From positions 2,730,001-2,794,000 of the forward strand of contig CM119371.1 of NCBI GenBank assembly GCA_051294905.1: a stretch of 64,000 nt of DNA, given 5' to 3'. A program made the translations under genes and the position numbers. Under the pieces are notes generated by a model that saw nothing but the letters and a program-made list of their open reading frames with translations, had not been told where the DNA came from and did not search any database. The DNA comes from Botryllus schlosseri. Its lineage: Eukaryota. This document shows positions 1 to 12,839 of this stretch, one piece after another; positions within the stretch are counted from its first letter, which is position 1; every line of letters starts with the position of its first letter.

Positions 1-2275
1 GAAGGCTAAGATATATGAAGAAAGTTTCGGAGCATAATTATATAATGATGAGGATATTACAATTGTCTCGAGTTGTCCAATGAAATGGGTAGCCTACATT
101 ACTTATTGCGGATCAGGGAGTACTTGTCTTGGATCTAGAGACCTTGATTCAAATTTGGTTCGAGTATGAGTACATAACTAATATTGTCCAAGGCTACATA
201 AAACGATTTGATCTATTATAGTGAATATAGATACGTCGGACACTAATGTGAATAGGGTACCCAACCAAACATTGGAGACATGTTTGAAAATGAATTTTCC
301 AAATGAATTAGATGTATGTTTGAATTTCAATCCAAGAGCTAGTCCTGGCTTGATTTTCAATTAAGGAAACATGTCCCGGGGTATCCAAAAATGTCATAAA
401 ATAAGTTAATAACTGTTTCTAGTGAATGATGCCTTATTATCAATAGTTTCTTTAAAGTACACTTATCTGTTTTACGAAACAGATTTGTCGAAAATTGAAT
501 GATGATACGAAGGGTTCACGCATTCGTCACGACGCTAAACTGTCAGTTTATGCTCGATCAGTATGATAGAAGTATCCGCAAGTTTACTATTATGTTATTG
601 AACAAACTATGACATCATTTTATGTTTCGAAATATGTGCGCTTCGCAATGGGTAATTTGAACTTTTATCGCGTATAATATCCTTTGTTTAGAAATTTTGT
701 TCGCAAATAACAGTTATAGTACGAATTCTAACGTATGTTGCATGCAACAGCTGCGCCAACACGGCAGGCTACGCTTTAATTAGTTCATGTTTAACTACAT
801 TTAGTAATACGTTGGCAAATCTATCGTCAGAAAAATGCGCCACTATTTTAAGTTTTCGTGTTTGCGAATCTTTTGCAAATTGATGGATTTTTAATTGTAC
901 GTATAATATGTTATATTGTATGGTATCCACATGAATTATGCACTCAGTTGTGGTGGTCAAAACACCACTGAAATGAACTATCAACACAAAGTACCGAAAG
1001 ACATAGCCATTAACAGACTCGAGCACCAGAACTGAAAACTGACCATTGATGGGCATTGAATGAGTATCACACGTTAGGATATAAATGGTTGAAATTTGGG
1101 TGTCCGCCCATATGGCACTTAATCATATTGATTAAATCGGCCGCTTGCACCAGGAGCAAAGCATACAGAATGCAACATCGCGATAAATTGCGCCGGAATC
1201 GCTCAACAAAGCCGATGAACCGACGACGGAACGAATCAGAACAATATTTCGGAAGATATTGCATTGGAAGTCGCGGAACTCGAGACGAAACCATGTTTAC
1301 TGTCGAACTTGCCTATACGAGGAGAAGCGAAAGTACTTGATAAATCTAAGAAGCGACATACGCGAATGTGGAATCGATGCCTCAACTGCAATTGCGAGTA
1401 ATCAAAAATATATGGAAGGCTGAAAGACTCTGATCTGTGAGGTGACGATATGCAAATTAGTCAGAATGAACGCTGAGTGTTTTGAGAACAATAAGTAATC
1501 AATAGAGTTACGTGATCATGATTTGAAGGCAGAAATGTGGATGTGACAATTGACTTCCGGGTTATGAATATATTTGTAAATGTATGCCTCTATTGCTAGT
1601 TATGTGAGCAAGTATTGTTAATAATTGCTGCAGTTTTTGTATTGCTACGCCAAAATTGTCTCGGATGAGGACGAATGTCGTCATGTTTTAAAATAATCTT
1701 GTTGGCATTTCAACACATCGGCACCTGACATGCCCTCAGGCTAGTTAGTAGATGCGTCGGAAATGAAATAAAACGTTGGACTAAAACGAAAGTAATATGT
1801 ACAGAGTAGAGTTATGTGATAGTAACCATTGGAAATAATTGGGGGAGGTAGAATAAAACAGATTACCCAAATTAGCTCCCTAAATAACAAAAGAACAAAA
1901 CACTAATGTCATGTTAATTTTAAAATTTAGAACCTTTTTAGTCATGTTGTTAAGCATAATGAATTGTCATGTGTTAATTTTATTGCAGTATCGATTGTTT
2001 ACCTATTATGCCTGGGGCCACATTACAAAAAATACATTTTTCCGATAGCGGTAAAGTGTTCTCTCGCTTGTCAATACCGCTTTGTCCGGTAACTGGTATT
2101 ATAAAACAAAACACGGAGCACTATCGCCGCGGCGGTGCGCACATACGCAAAACGCGAGAGATATGTTTTGGAGATGGGCGATGGCTGAAATCATTGTGAT
2201 GTCACCAAGTGCTTCAGTAGATTGACTTCGGAGACCGCCTTACAAACACTCACAGAGTTTTCATAATACGCCGGG

Positions 2276-3371
2276 ATGTCGCAAATCACGAGAATACCCT
2301 GCATCAGGGCGAAAAGATTTTCATCGGAAGAACTTATGACCTTGGTGACGGCAGTTAAAATGGAGAAAAAATTCATTCTGGGCCCATTTTCTGCAGCCGT
2401 GGATTATCATTCCAAAAATCAAGCATGGCTGCGAGTCACAGCTAAGGTACCGGTAATGATAATTTCGCATAGCATTTGGCATTCTGACTGATCTCACACA
2501 TCCATCGGCTTCCTTAAGGTGAATGCAGTCAACGTGTCAGGCACTATTAGAACTGTCGACAAAGTTATAAAGAGATGGGGCGACTTGAAATTGACGGCCA
2601 AGGCCAAGGTTTCGAGGCATCTCAAAGAGGCAAAGAAAACGGGAGGTGGAACCAACGAATCGCCGACTCCATCCCAAATAGATTTCACTACGATATCTGT
2701 GATCGGGATGGAGTCGGTAGTTGGAATCCCCGGTGTGGCGGACATTCCTTGGCTAGGTAATAATTCTTCTATTTTCATGACTGTGAGCAAAGACCTTCAG
2801 CTAATTTTTGGTGTTTCATCGTGCTCTTCATATTTCAGACTCAGTTCATCTAGCTATAGCAGATGTATCGGTTACATCTAATGACGAGACTGACCTCGAC
2901 GCGAACCAGCTGCAGCCGTTTGAAACCTCACAAAAACAGAATGAGGGCCAAGGTAGCTTTATTTGTCCAATGTCCTGTCCACACTAGGCTTGATACCATA
3001 ACTGTGTGTATTGCGCATATATAGCCATTTGTCTGAACGTGTAGTGTATAGATATAGCTAGGCATTAGCTGAGAATATGTCGTCCAACTATGATGGTTGT
3101 CCTTGAATTTACAGGCGCCGAGAAATCATTGCAATCTTGCGATGAAGGCTGCAGCAATACATCGTTGAACGAGTGTAACTCTGTCAATGCGACATATTCA
3201 GCCTCTCGAAGCGCGAGGATTAATCGACGCAAGAGGAAGCGAGAAGACACTGAAGAAATGGTGGAGATACAGCGTAGCATTAGAGATCTACTTGCTCAAA
3301 TGGTGGAGAATCAACAAAAGTTCTTGGAGATCTTTAGCGAGCGTGTTGCTCTTTCGGCACCGTCGACATGA
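2276..3371 (+). CDS. Harbinger Myb/SANT-like (MSANTD-type) DNA-binding protein; 4 exons 2276-2446, 2519-2756, 2839-2952, 3115-3371; 259 aa
   Basis: GT-AG introns join in frame (780 nt including stop). Motifs RAKRFSSEELMTLV, KNQAWLRVTAKVNAV, RTVDKVIKRWGDLK and KTGGG, plus a C-terminal coiled coil (VEIQRSIRDLLAQMVENQQKFLE). Confidence 0.88.
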
Positions 3372-3565
3372 ATTGCGCTACAGTTTATTCTATCTGTGAT
3401 CGATGCAATTAGACGGACACATTCCATTTCTGTATGTGAAGCTTATTCTGTTAGGTAAGGATAGGTTCACTACGCCTACCGCGAACCGTCAACACCATTG
3501 ACTTGCACGTAACGATAAAATAACGAAATGAATGGTGAGCAATAGAACGTTGCGAATGAGGTCGA

Positions 3566-4721
3566 CTACTCGGTTCCCAGCATATTGGCGATTCTGTCGC
3601 GCAATGCGATTGCGGTGGCAGATGAAACCAAGATGATGCCATCTTGATCCTCTTCAGTTTCAATGACTGGGTTGCAATTTATCAGCGGCACGTTGTTTCT
3701 GCGGCAGATGTTGTGCAGAATAGCGCAGCACACAAAAATCTTACAAACTTTCGTCGGTGAGTAACATAGATGACCCCCCGTTGCATCGAGTATCCTCCAT
3801 CTCTGCTTCAGTACTCCAAAAGCTCTGTTCAATGAATATATGTAGCCTACGTAAGGGTCTTTCTTTACATATGCTAATATAATAACTTACCTTTCCACTA
3901 CCGATCGCGTTTTCTTGTGAACCGAGTTGAATTTTTCTTGGTTTGGGTTAGACGGTTTGGAGTAAGGGGTCAGAAGCCAATTTTTTAGTGGATAGCCACT
4001 ATCACCAAGCAGCAATGACGGTGCAAACTCTCCAGACTCGAATCGATCATATAATGTTGATTGAGTGAGGATGAAAGAGTCGTGGGTCGCACCAGGCCAT
4101 TTCGCACTGATGTCTAGAAATATTAAATCAGAGTCGCAGACTGCCTGTAACGAAAGTTAATAGGATTGATATTGTGACAGCATTGAAAAAACGCGGGCAA
4201 TTTACCTGCACATTAACGGATTGGTATCCTTTTCTTCCGACATACAGATGCTCGTTTTGAGGAGGAGCAATGATCGCAATATGAGTGCCATCTATAGCAC
4301 CGATTACGGTCGGGAAATCGGCTATGTCGTGAAACTTTTCCATAGAAGAACCGGCATTTTTTGGCATGTATATATATTCCGGTGCTTTCTCGCCGAGTGC
4401 ATCCAAGAATTTGTCAAATATCACACTGACTGCTGGTTGAGAGGCATTGATATAATCCTTTGCGCAGTTTTGGAAACTGCCTGACGCAAGAAGCTTCACG
4501 CAAATCAATACGCGCTGAGCAGTGGTCAATGGATTCCCCTGTCGCGACTTTGGCTGTAACTTTGCTCTCAGTGTCCCGATCAACTGAAGAATTAGGTGGC
4601 GGGGTAGTCGATATTCGCCAATTAGCATATCATCTGCGAAGTCGTCCAACGGGTTGCGACGAGTTCGCATAACGACTTTTTGACGGTTTTGACGTTCCGC
4701 CACAAACATATATGCTGCCAT
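3566..4721 (-). CDS. Harbinger transposase (HARBI1-like DDE nuclease); 3 exons 4721-4206, 4144-3891, 3824-3566; 342 aa
   Basis: GT-AG introns give 1029 nt with no internal stop. Motifs FPTVIGAIDGTHI, RKGYQSVNVQAVCD, WPGATHDS, LLGDSGYP, LLTPY, R..VERAFGVLKQRWRIL and CAILHN. Catalytic D, D and E are all present. Confidence 0.93.
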
Positions 4722-6057
4722 TATGCCCACAACTCGCGAGATGACACCTATATCCAGCTTTCCGCGATCAATTATCTAGACGGTAACTTATTGGTGTAAA
4801 ACGCGCGGATTTGAAGATTTGTGATACCAATGCCACTCAAAGTGACGCAAACAGACGCAAACTGTTACGTTTTCTCTCACTTTCTCACTCCTTTCGGTAA
4901 ACCGATACCGCGCTGCCGAAGAGAGCTGTTGACGGCGTTTTGTAATACCATTTTTACGATTCTCTCGTTTTACGACGGATCTGGTCAATCCGCGCAGCGG
5001 TAACTTGATTTGTAATTCCCCCCCAGATATACTACACACATGCGCGTCATAATTGGCTACGCATATATTAAGCCAAGACCCTCTACACTAGCTGGAATAG
5101 ACTTTCAATTTCGTGCTGAATAAGGACCTATGTTGCCTTTGGATCACAGCTTATACGAATATATAAAAAAGCTTAAGGGTGGAATGCACAGATGTCGATT
5201 GAAAAGTAATCACCGATTGCCTTAATCGGCGATAATTTAATCAGTGAGCAAGGTCACCTGGTGACTCTGTGGTACAGATACGGATTCGCCTGTGAGTTAT
5301 CTTATCGCGGATTACTGACGCAAATCGACGCAAATGACGTACGTTAGCAATCAGCTGTTTTCGGTCGGTGGCGATATGAACTGTGTCGTCATAAGGGAGA
5401 GATGCGCTCTTCATAGATATGTATGTTTAGTTGATGTCATGTGCGTATAGCAGCTAACTAAACTGTTGATACTGCACAGTGTAAGGTTATGAACGCCAGA
5501 ACAAACGTTTTGAGGTTATGAAAAGAGGTATTGTAGGAATAACGCACCAAAACCATCGTCTTATACCGGTATTGCTCGACCAGAAACTCTACCTCAAATT
5601 TCCTATATTGCAGGACATTTATCTCATTACTCAGGAATATCTAGAACTAGATAGATACTTTTCAGATATAATTGTATTTTCCGTTTATTGGTGCATTAGT
5701 CATGATAGTCGCTTCACCAATGTGAAGATATACAAATTGAGTTCATACACACACATTAGCATACGATTTTGATTTCTCCATACCAATGACAATTGGCTCT
5801 GCAGGAGTGTAGAAGTAAATTTCAGCCATTGCAAGGATCTAACTGTTGTGCAATGTGACGATGTTATCATATAATAAGTCATTTATGTTACAATTTAGCA
5901 ATGCCAAGTTATCTGCTGTTACCCAGTTGAGTAATCTTGTTTGTTGACAGCCAGACCTCACTTCAGTTTATCAAGAATTTGGTCAACCATAAAATTCAAT
6001 ACAACCTGTTTTATAGAGAGCTACATTAATATAGTGCAATATCGACTGAAAATAACA

Positions 6058-6843
6058 ATGGATCCATACCTCAATGTTCCTGCTACCCTCCAGATGTTAG
6101 AGAGCCTAGCAGAAGAGAGAGTGCCAAGAATATTGGTCAAAGACAGAGCAAATCAATTGGAATATACCATGGAGGTTAGCGTATAGATAACTAACCTACG
6201 GATAGATGGGCAATACGAGAGTCACGGTCGAGTGCATAGCATGAAACGGGAGCGTAATTGCTAATCCCATAGATGACGACCCGAGCGCTCAAATTAAATA
6301 AAGTTGATCTTATTTGAAAGCTACAGTCGCGCTGATTCTGATAATATACATTAAATTTTCATGCAGGCAATGGAACCACCCCGAAATAGCCTTCAAAATA
6401 TGAAAATCGGCATTGTTCTAAAACAATTGCAACGGCGCAGCACAATGACCATTACAACGGTCCGTGCGTGGTTGCGATTGTTTAGAACAATGCCGATTTT
6501 CATATTTTGAAGGCTATTTCGGGGTGGTTCCATTGCCTTGATGAAAATTTAATGTATATTATCAGAATCAGCGCGACTGTAGCTTTCAAATAAGATCAAC
6601 TTTATTTAATTTGAGCGCTCGGGTCGTCATCTATGGGATTAGCAATTACGCTCCCGTTTCATGCTATGAAGCGACAACAAATCTGCCGTTGTCTCATCAC
6701 TCGACCGTGACTCTCGTGTTGCCCATCTATCCGTAGGTTAGTTATCTATAGTTAGCTACACCGATAACGTGACGGCACAACCGAGCACAACTTCAGCGCA
6801 GAGCAGACAGATTGTTCAAAATCACTTCTCTGGAATGTCTTGA
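6058..6843 (+). pseudogene. Remnant of Harbinger B transposase (N- and C-terminal ends only)
   Basis: MDPYL..EERVPRILVKDRANQLEY resembles a HARBI-type N-terminus. After the palindromic insert, SRQIVQNHFSGMS* resembles the C-terminus. No DDE core is visible. Confidence 0.55.
6182..6750. mobile_element. Fold-back (almost fully palindromic) MITE, possibly P-superfamily
   Basis: Arms of about 250 bp (6182-~6435 and ~6472-6750) are near-perfect reverse complements, apart from a ~29 bp extra segment near 6669-6697. Termini TATAGATAAC/GTTATCTATA. Flanks GTTAGCG and GTTAGCT (7 bp, 1 mismatch). Superfamily assignment is inference. Confidence 0.8.
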
Positions 6844-7213
6844 GCATTTCATCTCGTGTTTGAACACCAATAACCACACATTCAATTCCTTGTCAATTAT
6901 TTTTATTACGAGATCCAGTAGCCTATGCTGTAGTCAGAATTGGACAACTAGAAAATCAGCTTTTCAAAATTAGACTATAATGATAATTATTGCTGTATAT
7001 TTTTCCAAATTAGGACACAGTAGTTATTTTTCAATTAAATTAGAATAGCGATTACTGAATATGTGAAAATTGAATCTGCACAGCTCGCTTAGTATTGTAG
7101 AGTTCTACTGTAGAATTTTCAGCAAAACCAGAAATTAGGTTAGAATTATACAGCCAACTAACTAGTTGTCCAAGTCTGGTTTTTGTGCTATTTCGATTCG
7201 TTGCTGTATTTTC

Positions 7214-8960
7214 TCAATTTTGCAGTTCTTTTTCCATTTCCAGTTTCTGGTACTTGACATGCATCTGTAATTCAAAATATTTCATTCTGATATCATGCTG
7301 CTCCTTAGCCATTTCCAGGACGCTCATTTCTGAACACCACATTTTGATCACCAACATTATAGTTAAAATATGATTTTTTTCATCAACACACCTGACTCTC
7401 TTTTTCGAGACAATTAGCGTTGAGCTTTTTGTGCTCTCTGTTTCATCTTGTATATCTGAATGTAGTAATGAATAAACAGTGGGTTGCATCACCATCATTG
7501 TATGCTAACACTTACCGGTCTGGTGTTCCATCCTGAAGTCTGTCGAGGGAATTGAAGGAAGCGTCACATCGCCATCAACAACGAAAAGGGCAGCAATTTC
7601 ATTTGCTGCAAGAAAACTATGGTTAACAACAGTTTTATTGATTCAATAGAGTTCAAATTCAATAGAGCAATGTTAATGTCAATCAAAACAACCCGCAATG
7701 TTCCATTTAAGTATTCGTGTGGCTATGTTAGTACCAACACGATTCATATGGATTTCAAATTAGTACCTGAACTTACCATCGCTGTTGTGACATGAAGAAC
7801 CAGCCTCTGTGTTCACATCCTCGTCGACGATGAAGGTGCAAACTGAATCTTCGGAATATACATCTGAATAAACATTTTATTTAAAAATTTTAGTTAGAAA
7901 TACATTAGAAAAGTTACTTTCAAATTATTTTTTCACGGTTTATCTTAACCTCGCGGAACATAGGAAGGATGGATGACTAAAATATTGACTTGATTCGAGT
8001 TGGAATACGATGAATGGATTTGACTCGAGTCACTGCTTCAATATGACATACGGTATGAGAAATCCTGACTCGAAGTCAAATCTTCAAGTCAAGTTGCAAG
8101 CCTAACAATAATATGGCCAACGATACTGCTCAGGCACCTGCACAGTAGCAAAGCCAGACTAGACTGTTGCAAGTTAAAATTGGATGCAAGTTCCTCCGTC
8201 GTTGGTTGTAACATATTAAAAAAGTTTATGTCCAAAATGCACTCACCATTGTTCGTGTGACTATCGAATACGCAATCGTAGTCATACCGATGTTTCAAAC
8301 ATTCAATTTGAGATGGAATACGGTCTGAAAAGTAATAATAAATATACCAGTGCTATAAAAATCAATTGCAGATTGATCAAGGAGCTATTCACATAAGGAC
8401 TTTGCTGAGCAGTGTTCCCCATGTGCAGTTTTCGTATAGCTGATGACGTGCAGCAGTCTCTGGATATGGTTAGTTTGTTGGGAATTACAAAAAGACTCAT
8501 GATCATCAAAATTTGTCTATTCAGTTCAAAACGAGCGTTAAAACGTGAGTATGAAGCACGCAGCGAGTCACAATAAACACAGATGGAAACAATACATCTC
8601 CTAGTGCGAATTTTAAAGAATTGTCAGTAAAATTACCTATCGGAAACCTTTTCCAAGGAGTTCGTCAACTGGAGGTGGGCCAGTTTTGGCCCGTTCGACG
8701 CGTCGTGATGCATATAACTTTTTTGATTTTCGTTTCAAATTTTTCAATACATTCTGGATTTGGCCAGTTGAACGGCTGCACGCGCAGGACCAGTATTCAT
8801 AGCTGCATATTTCTTTTCTGATTACATCTCAGGCCGCATCTTTTTGTTTTGCCATCAGTCTTTTTGTCTTCTTTGGTTTCAATTCTTCTATCCATTCAAT
8901 TATTTTAAACTTTTCCTGTCGCAATTTTCCGTCCTCGTATTTTATTTCCAAAGTATACCA
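7214..8960 (-). pseudogene. Decayed Myb/SANT-like gene of Harbinger B
   Basis: Minus-strand fragments in shifting frames: AKQKDAA*DVIRKE (conserved W replaced by stop), RSTGQIQNVLKNLKRKSKKLYASRRVERAKTGPPP, and a C-terminal coiled coil EMAKEQHDIRMKYFELQMHVKYQKLEMEKELQN. Confidence 0.7.
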
Positions 8961-11000
8961 TCGAATTCTGTACAGTGTACAGTACAGTCTGTAAAAAATG
9001 TCATACCGGTAATCATAGCATAAGGTACATCGGCTGTGGTAGGCCCACGCCCATAATATGCGGCAACAGTTGTAGTAGTGTCTGAGTACAATGTTTTCAG
9101 CTAACACCGCAACTGCACGTCAGAGCATCCAGTTAACACCATCTCAATACCAAATACTAGTGTACCTGTAGCCAGCCCAGACCGCAGTCAACGCGAAGCA
9201 CACTGCCGATTAACTTTCTAGACACCTCGCTCGGCGGATAACATTTGGCCGATTAAAATTCACCGATTAGTGGCAGATCGCCATCTGTGCCACGGAAGCC
9301 AGCCGATTACTGACGTTTAATCGGCGATTAGGGATTAATCGACATCTGTGCAATCCACCCTAAGACACCAACACAAAGTAATAAATCAAAGGAAAACACC
9401 GGAACACAACGATAGAAATATAGTTGACCCTAATCTTCGAATGACAGTCCTTTTGTGGTCATCTATCGGCATATTGTTGGTATATGTTATATTGATGTAT
9501 ATTGGGCAGGAAAGGCCTCAGCATTTATATGTTGAAACATACCTTGGAGTATTAATCAAGTTGTAAATTGTGCTTGCTGGATGGGAATGTATAAATTCGT
9601 GTTATCATTTGAAGTGTGCTTCATGTGTATCATTTATAATCGAGTTTATCAGTAATTAGACCTGATCTAGCAGTGCAATTAAAATTGGAGTATTTGGTTG
9701 TATTAACTTAATATCACGTACGGAATACACATAATGAGTATTTAGTTAATTACTGGACCGTACAAGGTCGCTGTTGACTGCTGTCAGGCTTTGAAGTTGG
9801 ACATCTGGTACATTCTACAGAAGAAGCAAACGAACCGAGAGTGAAATCCTTGCCCGAAGTTCATCAAAAGACTTGCAAACTGCTCAATCCATCATTGATT
9901 GATGTTCAGTACAGCTGTGAAAATTACTTCTTGAACCAAGGCATCTTTTTTTCATCTCTCTCATATTGGTGGCCAGTATCGGACTTCTGAAGTGCCAGTT
10001 TTTCTACATATATGCCGTGTTAAACGTCACAGTGGGGACCGATCTTGATTGTCTTAAAGGCGGTAATAATACTTGGTAATAACTACTTGGACGGTGTCAA
10101 AAACGCTGTTGCCGTCGATAGGAATAGTGTTCCAGTGTCCTATGCCTTCAAAATAAGAAAGAGAAAGCACTCCAAATGATGAAGCCGAATCCAATCAATA
10201 CATTGGCTCATCAGTTTTCTTCGTCATGTGACTCTCAGCAAGCAAATGTTCTGTGCGAGAAACCTACATGCGAATTTTATTACGACAACAAACCAATGAC
10301 GAGTGGTTCAACGGACGGACAGGAAATGCAGCAAAAGCAGTCCCAACTAACTGGACGTTATCTCGCGGTCGTCGATAATTCAGAACAGTGCCAATCCGGA
10401 CCTTGGACTGAACACGAACTTGGCGACCATTGGCAATTGGAAGGAATCAATATGAAGTATTCATTGATCCGGAAGGACCGGGCCGCTATTTGCGATATCA
10501 GTATTCGTCAGGGATGGTCAGTGACGGATTATTCCCACCTTTAGGACCAGGCCTATATTCCAATATTAAGGTGGTAACATTGTAAATATCTTTACGAAAT
10601 TTATTTATCTGTTTTCAAGGTCGTTTAAAATATGTTGACATCGCGGTAGAACTATGGTGTACAAGTGAAAAATTAAATAAATTGGAAAATAGTAGTTGCG
10701 TGCGAACTTTCTGGTAAAATTAATTTTATATGAAGATATAATCTCTGGAATTATTTTTCGAATAAATGTCACATCAATGAAAGAGAGTAGGCTACGTATT
10801 AGTGCGATAGGTTACTTAATATCAAGATATATTGTAGGTGATGTCGTGACCAATAAGCTAATGCTCGGAACTGATACGATAATCAAATTTAATCTCTTGA
10901 GGTGCTTTTGCAGTATGTCGTAGGTTATATTATATTGCACAACTCGAACGATAGTTAGATTTGGAAATTATGTTTGGCACGTTGAGACATAAATAAAATA

Positions 11001-11840
11001 CCGTAATTTTCTATGTATAATGCGCAAAATTTTACCGATTTATTGCCCTAAAATAGGGGGTGCGTATTATACATGGGTACAGCAAGCCTTTAAAAAAAAT
11101 CCCCCGATCAAAAACTTGAAATCACACTTTTCTTCATGTTTGTTCGAATCGCGCATCGCCTCTAGCCATTGGTCCCCGTAATTCGTATTATAGAGTGTAA
11201 CGCGCTGCCAAATAGAGCGCGTTGTTGCCAATTAACGAAAAGCGTGTTTCTAATTAACGAGAGTCATCTGCAAAGCACGTGATCTCTTGCTGAGCTGGTT
11301 TGCAGTTTGTACGCGAGCGAAATCAGGTCGCTGATTGCTACAAGCGTGCGCGGCAATCCTTGTTGAATGTTGATTCATCGCGTGAGCGACAGGCCTTAAT
11401 AATCGCATACACAAGATGCCATGTGCGCAATATATAATCGCTTGCGTAATCATTCGCATCTCCAACAGGACTGGTGCGCCCGACATAACCGTTGGCCTGA
11501 GCAATCGCATCTGTAATTGTAATAGGCCTCGTGCGCAAGATAGATGTCGTGTGTTGCTAGCTTGAACTATCGCGTTGCCGACCTCACTGGATTTGGCTAC
11601 TATCTACTCTCACTTAGAGACAATGCCGTTAATTGTATTTTGATTAGCGATCATTATGTCATGATTGTTCGACAGTGACATCGCAAAACAGAACAACATC
11701 GTGTACTAAAACGCAACTAAACATGTACTGCAAATGCAGGGTGCGTACTATACATGGGTATAGGCTTTTTCCCAGATTATTCACGTCATTTTAAGGGTGC
11801 GTATTATACATGGGGGCGCACTATATTCGGAAAATTACGG
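11001..11840. mobile_element. Tc1/mariner-pogo type MITE
   Basis: TA|CCGTAATTTTC ... GAAAATTACGG|TA. Subterminal repeat GGGTGCGTA(T/C)TATACATGGG occurs three times (~11058, ~11739, ~11795). No ORF. Confidence 0.85.
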
Positions 11841-12301
11841 TAAGTGTTTTGAGATTATTTGCAGAAGGGACGAATGTAGTTTGACGGATTTCACAAAATA
11901 AAAAAATATTCGATATCTGTTTCATAATAGATTAGAGATACGTTTACACCAAGGAATTGTTATCCAGATTATCCGCATAATCCATGTTATCAATGTAGTG
12001 TTGGTTATAGGCGAGTCATTTTTTAGTCCTCGCCATCGCGGGTGAAATCGTTATGGTGATTTAGGTGTAGCATCCTTATCACGGTGTCACATTAAAAGAA
12101 TTACAAAAATGCACCTATTATTGGCGTAACTGCTCATATTATGACAATAGTACACGATGTGGGCTGTTCAATTTAAAATCTGCAAACAATGATTTACTTG
12201 TTAAATTAGGTACAGCCATCCTATGTCACCCTTTTAAACAACTTATTTTGATGACATTTTTTCCAGAATTCAGTTTTGCATCTTGGCGTGGGAAGTCGCT
12301 A

Positions 12302-12839
12302 CGATTTATTATTATTTATTATTATTTATTGAAAAGTATTATATTACTTTGGTTAGCTGTACTTCTACTCCCAGGGAAACTAATACAGTATCTCTGCAGT
12401 AGTCTTTCAGCATGATATAAAGACACCACTAATAACTGTCAGGAAGACAAACAATTCGATGCCATTTTCACCAGAACCTATTTGAACAATTCATTTTGGA
12501 ACACATAGTGACCAGAAATTCCAAACAGACTCGTAAAATATTGGCATTCAGTGCCAACTGGGTGCTTCAATACCAGATTTCAGTTTAGAAAATATCAAGG
12601 ATGATAAGAAAGTAGTATAATTAATATAATAATAAATAATAATAATAATAGTATAATATAGTATAATTATATTAAGTTATAATATATATAACATGTGTCT
12701 CGTTGTCTCACTGGTCGGCAGTCCGCGAGTCTTGTGTGAGCTACTGGATTTTTAGATCAAAAATCTAGAACCAGGACTACCCACTTTTTAATCCCTGCAA
12801 CTAGAACTAAAACTAGGCCTACTATAAAAAGCCTGCAGT
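12302..12839 (+). repeat. Circularly permuted duplicate (B-A) of 31515-32067 (A-B)
   Basis: 12302-12402 matches 31967-32067 and 12401-12839 matches 31515-31953. Only one substitution seen (TCTAGAACC vs TCTATAACC). Confidence 0.95.

Larger units (their letters stand above)
2015..5023. mobile_element. Autonomous PIF/Harbinger DNA transposon (Harbinger A)
   Basis: Imperfect inverted ends: CTGGGGCCACATTACAAA (2012-2029) vs reverse complement of the right end CTGGGGGGGAATTACAAA (5009-5026), 14/18 identical. Flanked by CTG and CAG. Encloses two convergent spliced genes (Myb/SANT-like and DDE transposase), the canonical Harbinger layout. Confidence 0.9.
5177..9360. mobile_element. Second PIF/Harbinger element (Harbinger B), internally deleted and decayed
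   Basis: TIR GGGTGGA(A/T)TGCACAGATGTCGATT (23/24 match). TAA TSD at 5174-5176 and 9361-9363. Repeated subterminal CCGATT/AATCGG motifs. Contains remnants of both Harbinger genes. Confidence 0.9.

Noticed and set aside
3566..4721. Domesticated host HARBI1 gene
   Set aside because: It lies inside inverted termini next to a convergent Myb/SANT partner, which is transposon architecture. No gene symbol assigned.
12600..12700. AT-rich (ATA/TAA)n tract as an independent feature
   Set aside because: It is simply part of the duplicated segment, identical to ~31715-31810.
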